This document shows, piece by piece, positions 25,791 to 37,559 of a stretch of 64,000 nucleotides of DNA. Below the pieces are notes generated by a model, which saw nothing but the letters and a program-made list of their open reading frames with translations, was not told the DNA's origin and made no database searches. The stretch's first letter is position 1, and each line of letters begins with the position of its first letter. A program made the position numbers and the translations under genes. This DNA is from Hamiltosporidium tvaerminnensis FI-OER-3-3 (Eukaryota > Fungi > Microsporidia): positions 558,001 through 622,000 of the forward strand of contig CM061249.1 in assembly GCA_022605425.2 (NCBI GenBank). Reading direction: 5' to 3'.

Positions 25791-26299
25791 ATTTATACAA
25801 TCCAAGTTTTTTTTAGAAGATACTTTAAAAAATGTTAATTTCTTGAAATTTAACTTACTTGATTATTTTCTATATTTAAATGTTAGAATATAAAGTTTTA
25901 ACTATGTTTTTATTGGTAATTTGCACAGAATTTACAATTTTAAAAAAATAGTGTTATATTGACGAACAAACGAGTATTTTTTATTTAAAATAATTCTTTT
26001 ACAATTATTTTTTTAGTTCTCACAATATATGTAAATTTTATTTGTTCTGGAGTAAAAGAAAACTTATTTTATATTTTCTTGCCAAAAAAATTGCAAATAA
26101 TATTTATCGATCTCTACTTGACGGACATATTTTAATAGAAAAAAAATCCCGAACTTTAATTTAGAAGATTGCAACAACGAACACATCTCAAAAAAATTAT
26201 AGTTATAAATAAAACAATAAAAGATTCTCTTTGTAAAAAAAAGTAATATCACTGAATGCGATTCTTCTCCTTTTAAATTTAAAGACTAGTACTCTATAT

Positions 26300-27900
26300 C
26301 AGATTAATACCTCATAAACATGTTTAGACATATGCAAGACCAAATTCATCGGTCATTCGGTTTAATTAAACTTTTTAGGTGATCTATTTCGGAATTTTTT
26401 TTATAGGAATATCTATATAGCAATCTTGACTAAATCTCTAATACGTCTTTTTTTAATAAATTAAAATTTTGAAGCTTTATTCCAAGTTTTTATATTTCCT
26501 TTTATGGATTCTTTTAGAACTTTCAATTAACTATCTATTTAATTGGTTTCGTATCGCACCATAATCTGTAAATTTTGTTCAAATAGAACTTAATGAAAAA
26601 TCTATCACATTAAAAAATTATTTAAAATTGAGTCAGGCAGGAATATCCAAATCTAAAATATTTGCAATTTTTTTCTGTGTATAAAATAATATTTGCTTGT
26701 GCTGCAAGATTCTAAAAATAATTGAATCTTGAAGAAATTTCGATCATTAGCGAAGTGATTCAAAAAGAATTTTTTTCGATTTAACCTGATCAGTTTGTTA
26801 ATGATATTTTACCTCTGAAATCCTTTTTTTTGCGATTATTGAGATATTTTTATTGGGTTTAAAACAACTTCGGATTAAAAAGTTTCCATTTACCATCGAA
26901 TCTTTCGATTAAATCAACAGGCAATCTGATAATTTTTCCTTTTGTTTTGCCTTTGATTCTTTCATCCGCATCTACATATTAAAAAAAGAAAAGAGTAGAT
27001 TACAAGACATTTCAAATCCATAAATTAAGTGTTTTATTTACTAATCAGGCAATTCAGTAAATCTATTCTATTTCTTCTTAATACGAAACAAAATCGTGAA
27101 AATATTTTTTCGGAATTAATCATCAGAACTTTGTTTTTGAGCAAGTTATTGTAAGATACATTGAATTCAAAATATTTAAAAGTCTTCATTTTCTATACGA
27201 GCACTAGATATAAATACATCGTGTTAAAAGTCTATCATAATACTTTAAAGCAATTCAAAAAGAATTTTCGCCATAAACCTGCCGATATATGATGAAATTG
27301 AACTATAGAAATGAATTACTGCTGCTTTGATTGTAATTGTTTGCAAAACCATTAATTAGTTCCGATCTATTTTCAGTATTATAATCCTTATAGAAAAAAA
27401 ATCGAAAGCTTTGTCTAGTCCTGTGAAAATATTTAAACTATATTGCAGGTAGTTGTGACTCTTACCATTGTAGCTTAATATTTCAAAATAATGTTATCTT
27501 ATTTTATAATATTTCTAACCAGTAACAAACAAAAATTGCTAAAGAAGCTGTTCCGGGAATTTTACTTTTGTTAACAAGACAAAAGGAAAATATTTCAAAC
27601 ATTTTATAACTACTTTTCTCTAATGGTTTATATTTTTAGCTATTTCATAGATTTTTCTTTTTGAAATTTCCAGAAAATATATCTAATATTATTTTAATGA
27701 TATATTTATTCTTTTCAAAATCATCAAACTGGGATTACATTTTCATCGGGCTTCTTACATTCATTAACCACCAAGAAATAGTGTTATATTCTTGTGAAAA
27801 GTTTTAAGCAAGAAAACAAGCCACTGTTATATTTATACGAGTGTGGTTAAATTGGAATGGAATTTTGATTTGATTTTAGTTTTTTGATCCCCCACAATAA
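26300..27900 (-). pseudogene. Possible decayed non-LTR retrotransposon reverse transcriptase
   Basis: Minus strand 27401-27430 reads IFTGLDKAFD, similar to the LINE RT motif F-x-D-L-x-K-A-F-D. Highly degenerate; boundaries approximate. Confidence 0.4.
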
Positions 27901-28639
27901 ATTATTCACTTGTTTTTCGCTCTTTTAATTACGCAATTTATGTTTTCGGTTAAAATGGCATTTTTTGATGAATTATCATTAAATAACTGCAAAAGCAAAA
28001 CAGATATCGCCTCTTTGGTTTTTTAACTCTTTCGACGTTTTTGTTATCAATCTTAGAAATATCTCGACTGTATTTTTGATTATTTATTTTCATTTTCACT
28101 GGTTTTATTACGTGCATTGGTAACCTATTCAATGAGAATTCAAAACAAATAGAAACTTAAAAATATACAACTACACTTATTTGTCGAAACTTAACTCCCT
28201 ATAATTCACAGAAACGTTAAATTTGAGAAAAATTAATATAATGCACGTACTTTATAATGATATGTCTTCCGACCAAAATATGATTACAATTCACTTTTTA
28301 ATTATAGCAGGAAGAGTTAGTGTCGAGTTCGAAACTCAAGATCTGCGCATAGTTACCCAAGCCATACATACATCTTGAATTTCAATTCAGACTGTTTACC
28401 ACAATAACTCATCATTGGTGTTTATGACTTTAAATAATACACACAGGCATATATTTAAGACGACTTTAGAAGAGTTATAGCCATGACTGACGTCAATCAT
28501 ACTGGTGAGTACGCCAATATAACAAATATTTGATATTTTATATGTTATAAAACAGTTTACAGTTCAGAAAAAATTACATCCGTACCGTCTAATACACACA
28601 GCCTATGGGGTTTGCCATCATTAATCAAAAAAACCTTGA

Positions 28640-29270
28640 TTTTTTTTGATAGGATTCAACCACTTTACATTTTCGTTGTCACCAATGCAATTGGTACAAA
28701 AAGTAGAAAGTTTTACAAAATAATAAAGAGATTTCTAGAAAATCGCTTTTTAGGCTTTTATATGGCTAGATTCTGCGCCAAAATGACTTTTTGGTAATTT
28801 ACATGTTGAAGCATGAAAAGATATTTTTTTTCACCGGTTAGAAAACTTAGTGTTCGAACGATACAGAAATCCATAGCTTTAAAGACAAACCAGCATTTAA
28901 ATATTCTATGTTTGTTAGTATTTCATTGTAACATATGTGTAAACTCTATTTAAATTACAGATCTATATCTTAGCTAGAAATTTATTTGATTCGAAAGTGT
29001 AGACTATGTAAGAATCCTTCTGGTCTTGATAAGCCCAGGGTAAGCTTTTACGTGCAATTATAATCCAAGCAACGGATATCAACAAAAACGCTCAGTCAAT
29101 TCTTCTATAAAAGGGCATTTGTGCTCTTTTAAATGAAAATATTCGAATATTGATATCCAAAGGAGGCTGTTGGTGTTCTAGTAAGAAATTTTAAATGTAA
29201 AATTTAGAACTTAGTGAATGCCAGGAAAACTTTATGACGATGTCTCTAATATAAAATAAAGATATATTTA
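28640..29270 (+). ncRNA. Family A structured RNA-like repeat, copy A3 (most degenerate)
   Basis: Contains GGTAATTTACATGTTGAAGCATG, GGTTAGAAAACTTAG, TATATCTTAGCTAGAAATTTATT, GAAAGTGTAGA, GTCTTGATAAGCCCAGGG and AGCAACGGATATCAAC. Confidence 0.6.
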
Positions 29271-30089
29271 TAAAAAAAATGAGAGAATAGGAACATAAAA
29301 GTTATTTTAGCTACACTTGAACTCATTAGCAACTATTATTGATGGTCTAACATATATTACCTACTTTTTTTTAGTTTCTATAACACATATGTATAATTAT
29401 AAACAAAATTGCTTTTAATATTTGATGTATAGTATATTTTAAAGGTTAAACATTTATATTTAAAGTTTTTTTGTAACATATGCAATAATTTAGTACTATA
29501 TTTCGTAGTGCAAATGCTTTGAGCTATTTATGCTAAAGATTTATCTTTGCTGTTTAACTGCTTTATAGTATAATTAAAGCAGATTATTAGTTTCTTAAAA
29601 GTCTTTTGTTCATTACAATTTCTACTCTTTCCAATAGGCAAAAAAAATTAATAAAAAAAATTATTTACAGTGTTTAATGCTTTACCAGTACTGGATTAAC
29701 TGAAATTAGATTTTATACCATACACATTGGAAAATTTAAATAAGATTTATTTTAATTAAATTAATAGCTAATACTCTAATTGATGATTTAAGATTAAAAT
29801 TCTATTGATTAAACAAAATATAATATGATTTATTTTAATAGAAATTGTTTTGTTATCGTTGACTGCAAATAAGTTATATAAAAATTTAATCATGACTGTC
29901 ATGTCGATCTTTAAAAATGGCTGTTGCGCGCCAAGCTTGAAAAGATTACAGCACTAAATTTTGATAGAAAAAAATGGTAAATATGTTAATTTTGAAAAAT
30001 TTATTTAATTATTCAATCTCAAAATTTCTATAATTAGAAAACTTATTTTTATTAATTACTATAAAACAATTTGAAATTTGAAATATTTT

Positions 30090-31475
30090 ATGGGAATGTT
30101 TAATCAAGAGCCGAGAAAACCAACGTTGCTATTCGTAATATTGTTTATTTTGGTCTGTTGTCTAAAACCGATACAGAATAATAGCCTAGACACCCAGGAA
30201 ATAATTCATCTGGCTAGAGAAAAACGTACAGAAATAGAAAATTTAATACATTTTGAAATTGAAATACGACCAGAGGAAATTATTTATGAGGAAATCGATA
30301 CTTATCTTGAGTATGAAACAAAATTATTAGAGTGTATTAATTCAAATGCTTTTAAATCTTATTCAAAAAATTTAAATGAGAAATCTTTAGAGTATATGTA
30401 TGAATCGTTAGATTTTATCATAGGAAATAGGAAAATATTTCTTTTAAGGAATAACACTGCTACAGAAAAATATAACGAAGCAATGACAAAAATAAAAGCG
30501 GAACTGGAACTGCTGGTGTCTTATATAAGTTATTTTTTATCTTCTAATATTTGTAATTGTACAAGATCACATTTTAAAATAATAAATGAAATTCAGCATT
30601 TGATCAATTACTTAAAATTAATTTATCTCAGAATTCACGATTCTATGAAAAAGGTATTGGACTGTGAAACTAAATATAAAAAATTATTAGAAAACCATCA
30701 TTTTTTATTGTTCATTTCATCACGGAAAGTACATAATGATAAAATTGGGGAATTCAAAGCTAAGATCGAAAAAATTCGAGTAAATTATGATGATATAAAA
30801 GACGAAGCAGCAAGAGCGATAATTACTTATAGAAACTATAATTTTGAGGAAATTATAATTATGCAGTATTCTCAAAATAATTTTTACGCTCTTTTTATAA
30901 CAAATGAAATATTTTCAAATATTTATAGTTATATTGAAATTTATGAAGATAAGAATTTAACAAACAAGACAATTTTTAAAGAAGAGGTCGTTAAGTTTTA
31001 TGGTTTACTCGGTTATGTGCGAATTTATATTAGTACGTATAAAATATTTAGATCAAATTTTGTAGAACTTCTTGATAAAACGACAAAATGTAAAAAATAC
31101 ATTTCAAATATATATGCTAGAATTGAAAAAAGTACTAATAGCTTGCAGGAATATGCGGAAATTTACGAAATAGACGAATTTAAAGACAGTTTTAAGGGTT
31201 TTTTATATACTACAAAACAAGGGCTTGCCGACAAGATATCGGAAATAATGAATTTTGAAAAAGAACAGCTTGCTAAGATCCAAAAAATTATTGATTACAA
31301 TAATCTTATACTGAAAACATACAATAATTTAAAAAAAAATCACAGGCTGATTAATATACAAGAGAAAATAAGTGTATTGGAAGTTTTCCACCGAGAACAT
31401 ACAGATTTTGTTCATACAATGCAAAAAAATCTAAATGATATTTTATCTTATGCTCTTGAGCATGGAAATGATTAA
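30090..31475 (+). CDS. Hypothetical secreted or membrane-anchored alpha-helical protein
   Basis: ORF of ~460 aa (first ATG at 30090). N-terminal RK followed by hydrophobic LLFVILFILVCCL (signal-peptide-like); E/K/I/L-rich helical composition. No recognisable domain. Confidence 0.75.
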   Translation: MGMFNQEPRKPTLLFVILFILVCCLKPIQNNSLDTQEIIHLAREKRTEIENLIHFEIEIRPEEIIYEEIDTYLEYETKLLECINSNAFKSYSKNLNEKSLEYMYESLDFIIGNRKIFLLRNNTATEKYNEAMTKIKAELELLVSYISYFLSSNICNCTRSHFKIINEIQHLINYLKLIYLRIHDSMKKVLDCETKYKKLLENHHFLLFISSRKVHNDKIGEFKAKIEKIRVNYDDIKDEAARAIITYRNYNFEEIIIMQYSQNNFYALFITNEIFSNIYSYIEIYEDKNLTNKTIFKEEVVKFYGLLGYVRIYISTYKIFRSNFVELLDKTTKCKKYISNIYARIEKSTNSLQEYAEIYEIDEFKDSFKGFLYTTKQGLADKISEIMNFEKEQLAKIQKIIDYNNLILKTYNNLKKNHRLINIQEKISVLEVFHREHTDFVHTMQKNLNDILSYALEHGND

Positions 31476-32056
31476 ATCGAATTTTATAAATTTACATCTT
31501 CTGTTTTCGAATTCTAAAAAAATAAAATTTAATAGGAAGCACTTTCAAGCAAATTAAGTTTGTAAAAATCATATTTATTGTTATGGTTGAAAAATGGTTT
31601 GATTTTGCACTTATAACGCCTTAATATTATTAAAAAGTCATGTTGTTTAAATTTAAACTTTGGGTTGCAGTTACATATTATTTTTAAAAAAAATAGCTTG
31701 AAAACATGTTTTGAGAAATTTCTTTTCTTGTAATTATCTAATTGGCAGTTTTATAAATATTTAAATATAGAAACGAAGGGATGTATTTATTTATTAACCC
31801 GATATATATCAGTTTATTATATTTTTATATATTACTTAACTATAAAAATATAAATAGATGTAAGTTTAAATCTTCTAAACGAATTAAAAGTCACTTGTCG
31901 AAGAAATTACTGTAAAAGCATGCGAAAATAAAAGCGAGTACAAGAATCAAAACTGATGTCAAAATTAAGAACAAATGATCTGAAATGTATATTTCAGATA
32001 AGAGTAAAAATAAGATTCCGCCCATTGAAGTAGGGAATACTTCCAAAATCAACTTG

Positions 32057-32320
32057 AAATAGCTGAAACTAAATTCTTAGGAAGTATGATTTGCTAGAAA
32101 ATGACCTATTTCTTATTTATAAGTGTTTGCTTTGGCAAGATTTTTACTGTACTAACCTGAGACGGCCTAGTGTCAAAGCTCCCCAAACCGTAGCTCAGAA
32201 AACCGTAAATACCATAAATGTAAAAGCGTTAATTTTATCGATAGTACTTAGGAATATAATCGAAAAGATATCCGTTGATCGACAAATGGGACTTAGTTCA
32301 GACCAAATGCCCAAAAAGGC
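32057..32320. repeat. Family C dispersed repeat (alignable core), possibly a solo LTR
   Basis: Collinear with 49533-49797: GAAACT..CTTAGGAAGTATGA, TTATTTATAAGTGT, GACGGC, TAAATACC, ATAGTACTTA, TTGATCGAC, ACCAAATG. Confidence 0.65.
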
Positions 32321-33100
32321 TAAAAAAAGCATGAAATATTATTAATATGAGATTCGAGATGCCCCGGGTGCCCAGATTTCAATAAACTTTTCGAGTATCG
32401 AAGAACATGGGGTCAAAATTTTTAGGAAAGAATAATTCCCCCTTCTTTCAGAAGAAAGATAGTGATCAAATAGGTAGTATGAAATTCATAGAAAAGTAAA
32501 AAAACGTATTTTAGACCCATAATTTTATCAAATAATATAAATAAATCTAGAAGTTAACCGATTGAATTCATATTTTTTTTATTTTTTTAATAGTAATGAA
32601 TATTAATAAAAAAAAATGAAAGATAGATAGTGGATTCGCAAAGTTTTTAAGAGATTGGATGTTTCATTTTGTTATTGTCTTAATATATGATGCGATATCT
32701 CTTTTTCAGTAAAAAAAATAATGGTCTATAAAGCATACAGTTTAAAGCGTGGCTATGAGTTTAAATATTCTCAGAAGCCTCAAACTTCTCTTGAAGTTTA
32801 CGAATAGAAAAATATGAAACTTACAAAGCTAATAGGAGTTTTTAAATATTTGTCTAAGAAAGCAAATACATGAGCAAAAAGCAGCATCGAGCCATTATTC
32901 GTGTAGCTTATTTATTAGCAAAAGTTGAAACCCTTTTACATCTAAAAATTAATAAATAATGTAACATTGATAAAGAATTCAAAATCTGTCTAAAACAATC
33001 TATATGTTGAGAAATCTGATTTTGAGCGCTACTGAAGTAGATATAAGAATAGAAGGTATCCATGCAATACCCATTTCACAATTTTCCGACAAAAACAGAT

Positions 33101-33345
33101 TTTTTTATTTAATATATTTAATGGCTCGCTTCTTCCATAAGAGTGAACAGAATCTTACGATGCCCATAGCTTCGCCGGGTTATAGGCGTTCTAAAGACAA
33201 TTTTCTTTGATAGGTAGGGTTTTCGGCGTTATGCAAACGTTCCGAACGAAGGATAAAGAGTGCAAGAACGTAAGAATCGAGATCGAACCCGGCCCCCCGA
33301 GATTAAATTCTAATATCCTCATCACTAGAGCCTTGGCGACGGACC
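33101..33345 (-). mobile_element. tRNA-derived SINE-like element
   Basis: Minus strand begins with an A-box-like GGCTCTAGTGATGAG and a B-box GGGTTCGATCTC, has a relatively GC-rich body and an A-rich tail. Flanked by the direct repeat GAC(A/C)AAAACAGAT (33088-33100, 33342-33354). Confidence 0.65.
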
Positions 33346-33657
33346 AAAACAGATACTTAGAATAATTTTCTTTGACGCGGAAATAGTCAAATGATGTTTC
33401 TGATATAGCATCGATGTTGCTTTTTATTCGAAAGATGGTTCAAAATTATGAACTATATTGTCGTAATTTTTGTTGAACCACCTAGATAAAAGGTATCTTT
33501 GATAGATGCAGTCGCTTTCATTCAAATTAAAGGGTGTTTTAACCTTTGTAATAAAGAGTTGTTTTTATTAATGAGAAGTTTATTTATCCAATTCTTTGTT
33601 CATATTTTCCACTAATCGGGTTTTAATAAACTATAATTTTAATTTTATAGGGAATCC

Positions 33658-34368
33658 AATGGTGAAGAGAGAATAATCACATAAGACTTTCTTCTTGACA
33701 ATGAGTATGTGAAACTGTTGTAAGAATCCTTTTTCGATTTTTGGTGGCAATAAAATCTCACTACATCTTCATTTGTTTCATGGGTTTTGTTATGAGAAGG
33801 AGAGGTCTATAAAATGGCGAAATTTTTCCTAAAAATTTATTTGTAATTTTTTATGGAACCAGATTTAAACTGTATCTGAACTTTTGGGTAATTCCCATGC
33901 TTTTGCATGGAAACCTAGCCTTTCTCACTCGATTTAGAAAACTTAGCGCCCGGGAGATATGAAAATAAAAACTATTAAAAGCCGAGAGAGCTAAGATGCA
34001 GATTATACCTGTTAGTATGACATTGCACTATCTAGGTAGACCCATCTTAGTCCCTGAAATATATCTTAGCTAGAAGTTTATTGCGTTCAGAAAGTGTAGA
34101 ATAATTGGGAAAGCTGCTAGTCATAAAATAGCCCAGGGGGTTCGGCTCTCGATCACACTCTATGCAACGAACATTAACAAACTTCTCGCAACTACTTCGA
34201 TTATTAATTGGGTTCGCCAGACCTGGTAGATATAGGGTTTGGGACGTATGTATCGCAGGGGTTAGCGATGGAGTGTTGAGGTAGAAATTATTTATTTTAA
34301 ACCATGAATTTCGTTAATTTTATGAAAACAAATCTAAAACTTGCCACAGTTTTAAAAAGATTTGATAC
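33658..34368 (+). ncRNA. Family A structured RNA-like repeat, copy A4 (full length)
   Basis: Hairpins AGGAGAGGU/AUUUUUCCU with a CGAA bulge, CCAUGC-UUUU-GCAUGG and CUUAGC/GCUAAG; loop CAUUGCAC; a UUCG-containing hairpin; helix ACACUCUAU/AUGGAGUGU; 3' end ACUUGCCAC..AAAAAGAUUUGAUAC. Confidence 0.8.
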
Positions 34369-37300
34369 TTTGAAAAGTCAATTTAATAAGCGGATTTGCT
34401 CCCAATATATTGTAGTAGAATACTATATATGAAGAGCTTTTTACGCTTTTAGCATTCACAACATGACCACAGAACAATATACTTTACTTAAGTCAAAAAT
34501 ATCTTTTAAAAATAAGAAAGTTCACATGAATAAGAGAAATTTATGAAAAGTTATAAATAAAAATTTGAGTGAAAAATACAAAGTTAACTCTCTTCTTTCT
34601 AGGACCTGTAAAAGCAAGGTAGTTTAAAACTATTGATAATATGTAAATTCAATAAAACCAGTAATATCCCGGGAAACACTTGGAATGTGGCGGTTTTATG
34701 CCCAAGACTATCACCTGTTAACGATATCTGGCCATGTGCTTTCAGTTATTGTATTTCCGTGAATTTTCTGTGAAAATAATTCACTCTATTATATGTTAGT
34801 TAACGGACTCCGCCACGGACAAGTCTTGAGACTGTTTTTCAAGCCAAGAACTATCATTAGATTATTTTAAAATAAAAATGTTGTATTCTTACTAAATTAA
34901 AAGGCAAATAATGGCCTTGAATGTTGTATTTATGCAAAGATTAGACAAAAAATATGAATTATCTTAATTGAGAAATTCAATAAAAAGAATAAGAGTTAGT
35001 TGTTCTTACATCCTTTTAAATTATTTAATGCAATTTTTTCTTTTTTAATAGCAAATTATGTTACTCGTTTTAATACATTTCAAAGATTTATTGAACTATG
35101 AAATCACCATTTGCAATAATTTGAAATACAAACTCTAGATAATTCAAAAAAATTTCTCGTTTTTTAGACTTTGATCTTGTAGCAAACTACATGAAAATTT
35201 TTCAAAAGTATTTTGCTCCTAATGTCAACAACAATAATCTACCATTGGAACGTAAATCAAAAATAAAAAATGTACAATTAGTGGTATTTCAAAAAAATAT
35301 TACTACTTCTTATTACCTGACTTAATAAAAAAGATTCTATTGGCCAGACATATCGATCATTTTCATAAATTATCTATAGTGTATTCTTCTTTTTTCGTCA
35401 GTATCTAACTGTGTAAACAAAAATTATTTAAAAATAAGTATACATAATATATTTGCCTTTCCAAATTAACCGATAAACACTTGAAATGATGGTAAATTTT
35501 CGTTAGCCCATTAGATCCACGAGTTCAAGGAATCATTACGAAAGTATTTCACGTAGGTTAATCAATTCAATAAAGGTTATTTTACTAGTTTCTTTGTGGT
35601 TTTATGTTGTTTTTTAGAATAAAAAAATAAATTATGGTTAGAAGTTTAAAGATGCATGAGATGTAACAAAACTTTTTTGTTACGAAAACACCTAAAAGAG
35701 TATTTACAGTTGTAATTTTATTTTAGTTTCATACTAATAAAAACATCGATTTACAAAAAAACGTAGCGGACTGAATAAATATGTATGCAAACAGAGTTTG
35801 ACTTACGATGGGTAGTTTAGAGACCCCATCTCCAAAGAATAATTTATTTTTATTCTTCAACAGTTAGTATGTCAACATTAGTAAATTCTGCTATTCCTAG
35901 GATGTTTTCCTATATACTTACATTTATTTTTGTTGACTTCTTCTAAAATCATAAAGTATTGTATTTTATTAAAAAAATCGTGTATTATGATTTTAGGATA
36001 ACCACGATTAATTCAGTCGTTCGTCGAAAAAATGCTTAATATGATTTAGATCTGTTAAAGTATGTTCCTGCATTTTATCGCCTAGAGGAATAACAGGAGC
36101 ATAGTAAAATAGAAACTTATAAAATCGTCAACTCGTTGAAGTGCAAAATAATAGACAAAACCCGAGTATAGTATCTAATTGACCAATGGAAATCTCACTT
36201 GACGTAAATTGGTAAATTGCTGGTAATTTGTTGAAAGATTTTGATAATTTCTAGCGGTAATAATATTGCTCTGCTAAATGAATTTATTTTAGATTGGTGT
36301 ATAAATTTTCTTTTTCTCTAATTTTCTCGGCATTTTATAAAGTATTGAAAAAATATGCACCAATTTTCCAGAGTAAAGATAATGGAAGTTACTTCTGACG
36401 AAAGTTTTTGATATCGGGTTATTGTATTCTTTATTATTTGTTCAAAAAACTCTACGTTGGGTTACGAGCCTGACCAATCAAAATAAAAATGTCTACAAAA
36501 CTCTGACTCAATGGAAAGCTTAAATTTAATTGTGAATTATGCTTCTTGCATAGAGGGAGAAACAAGCTAAAAAAAAATGAATCAATAATATTAAATCATT
36601 TGTTTAGTATTAATTAAAAGTGTTCTATGAGATTAATTACCTTCTGTAATCGTTCTTTAACATACCTAATAAAACATTTATTTGTGAAACATATATTTAA
36701 TGACAAGTTTTATTAGTTTATACTCTCGACTAATGGCTTAGAAATTTTTTGCATAATATAAATACTAAGCATAGAAAAGATAAAGTACGATACACAATAA
36801 TATCTTTGCAGAAAAATATATCTAAGTTTTACCTAAAAACATTTTTAAATAAGGTTGTAAAAAGGTTCAGCAAAGTAATTAAATAGCAGAATTTGTGGCT
36901 TTCAATTCTAGAATAAATTTCACTCTTTTATTAATAAACATTTTTTTAAACGAAGAATATGAAAAATTAGATTTTAATATTCGGATAGTTACGCGAGAAT
37001 TTACCTTTTAATAATAGAAATATTTGGATAATCCGGCTTTTTTGAAGCGATGTTATAAAAAACCTTGTCAGTAGATAGTGGTATTCCAGCAAAATACAAT
37101 ATAAATTAGCAAATGCCTAAATAATCCAACAAATTATACCTATTAATTAAAATTTATAATATAAAAATATTATGTAAAAATTTGTTTGGCTGAAAGTATT
37201 GTAGTCGTAACTTGATAATTATGAAAAATTTAAATTATATAGAGATTCTTCAAAAATTTTAGTCTCGGAAATGGGTTCAAAAAACATAAAAACGTTACAT

Positions 37301-37559
37301 GGAAGTTAAAATAAAAATACACTATGGAAATGGTATTAAATGTTTCTTTTTCTAAAAATACACATTTTTTGTCTGTTTTTCAGATTGATAAGAATATAAA
37401 ATCTTATTACTTGTGCTAGAATAACAAAAAAATAATATAGATACCAAAATCGATTCATAAAACTTCAATTATTATTTAAGTTGATTTTTGAAACTTTTAA
37501 ACTTCAAAATAATATACCAAATAAAGACGTACACAATGAATAAGTTTTATAGTTAAAGT

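Noticed and set aside
28300-28375. tRNA-like B-box (GAGTTCGAAAC)
   Set aside because: No cloverleaf, TSD or second copy seen.
32091-32345. ORFs 32091-32345, 49751-50008, 33004-33210 and 56778-57053 as genes
   Set aside because: They overlap family C, SINE or family B repeats, and the frames are not conserved between homologous copies where these exist.
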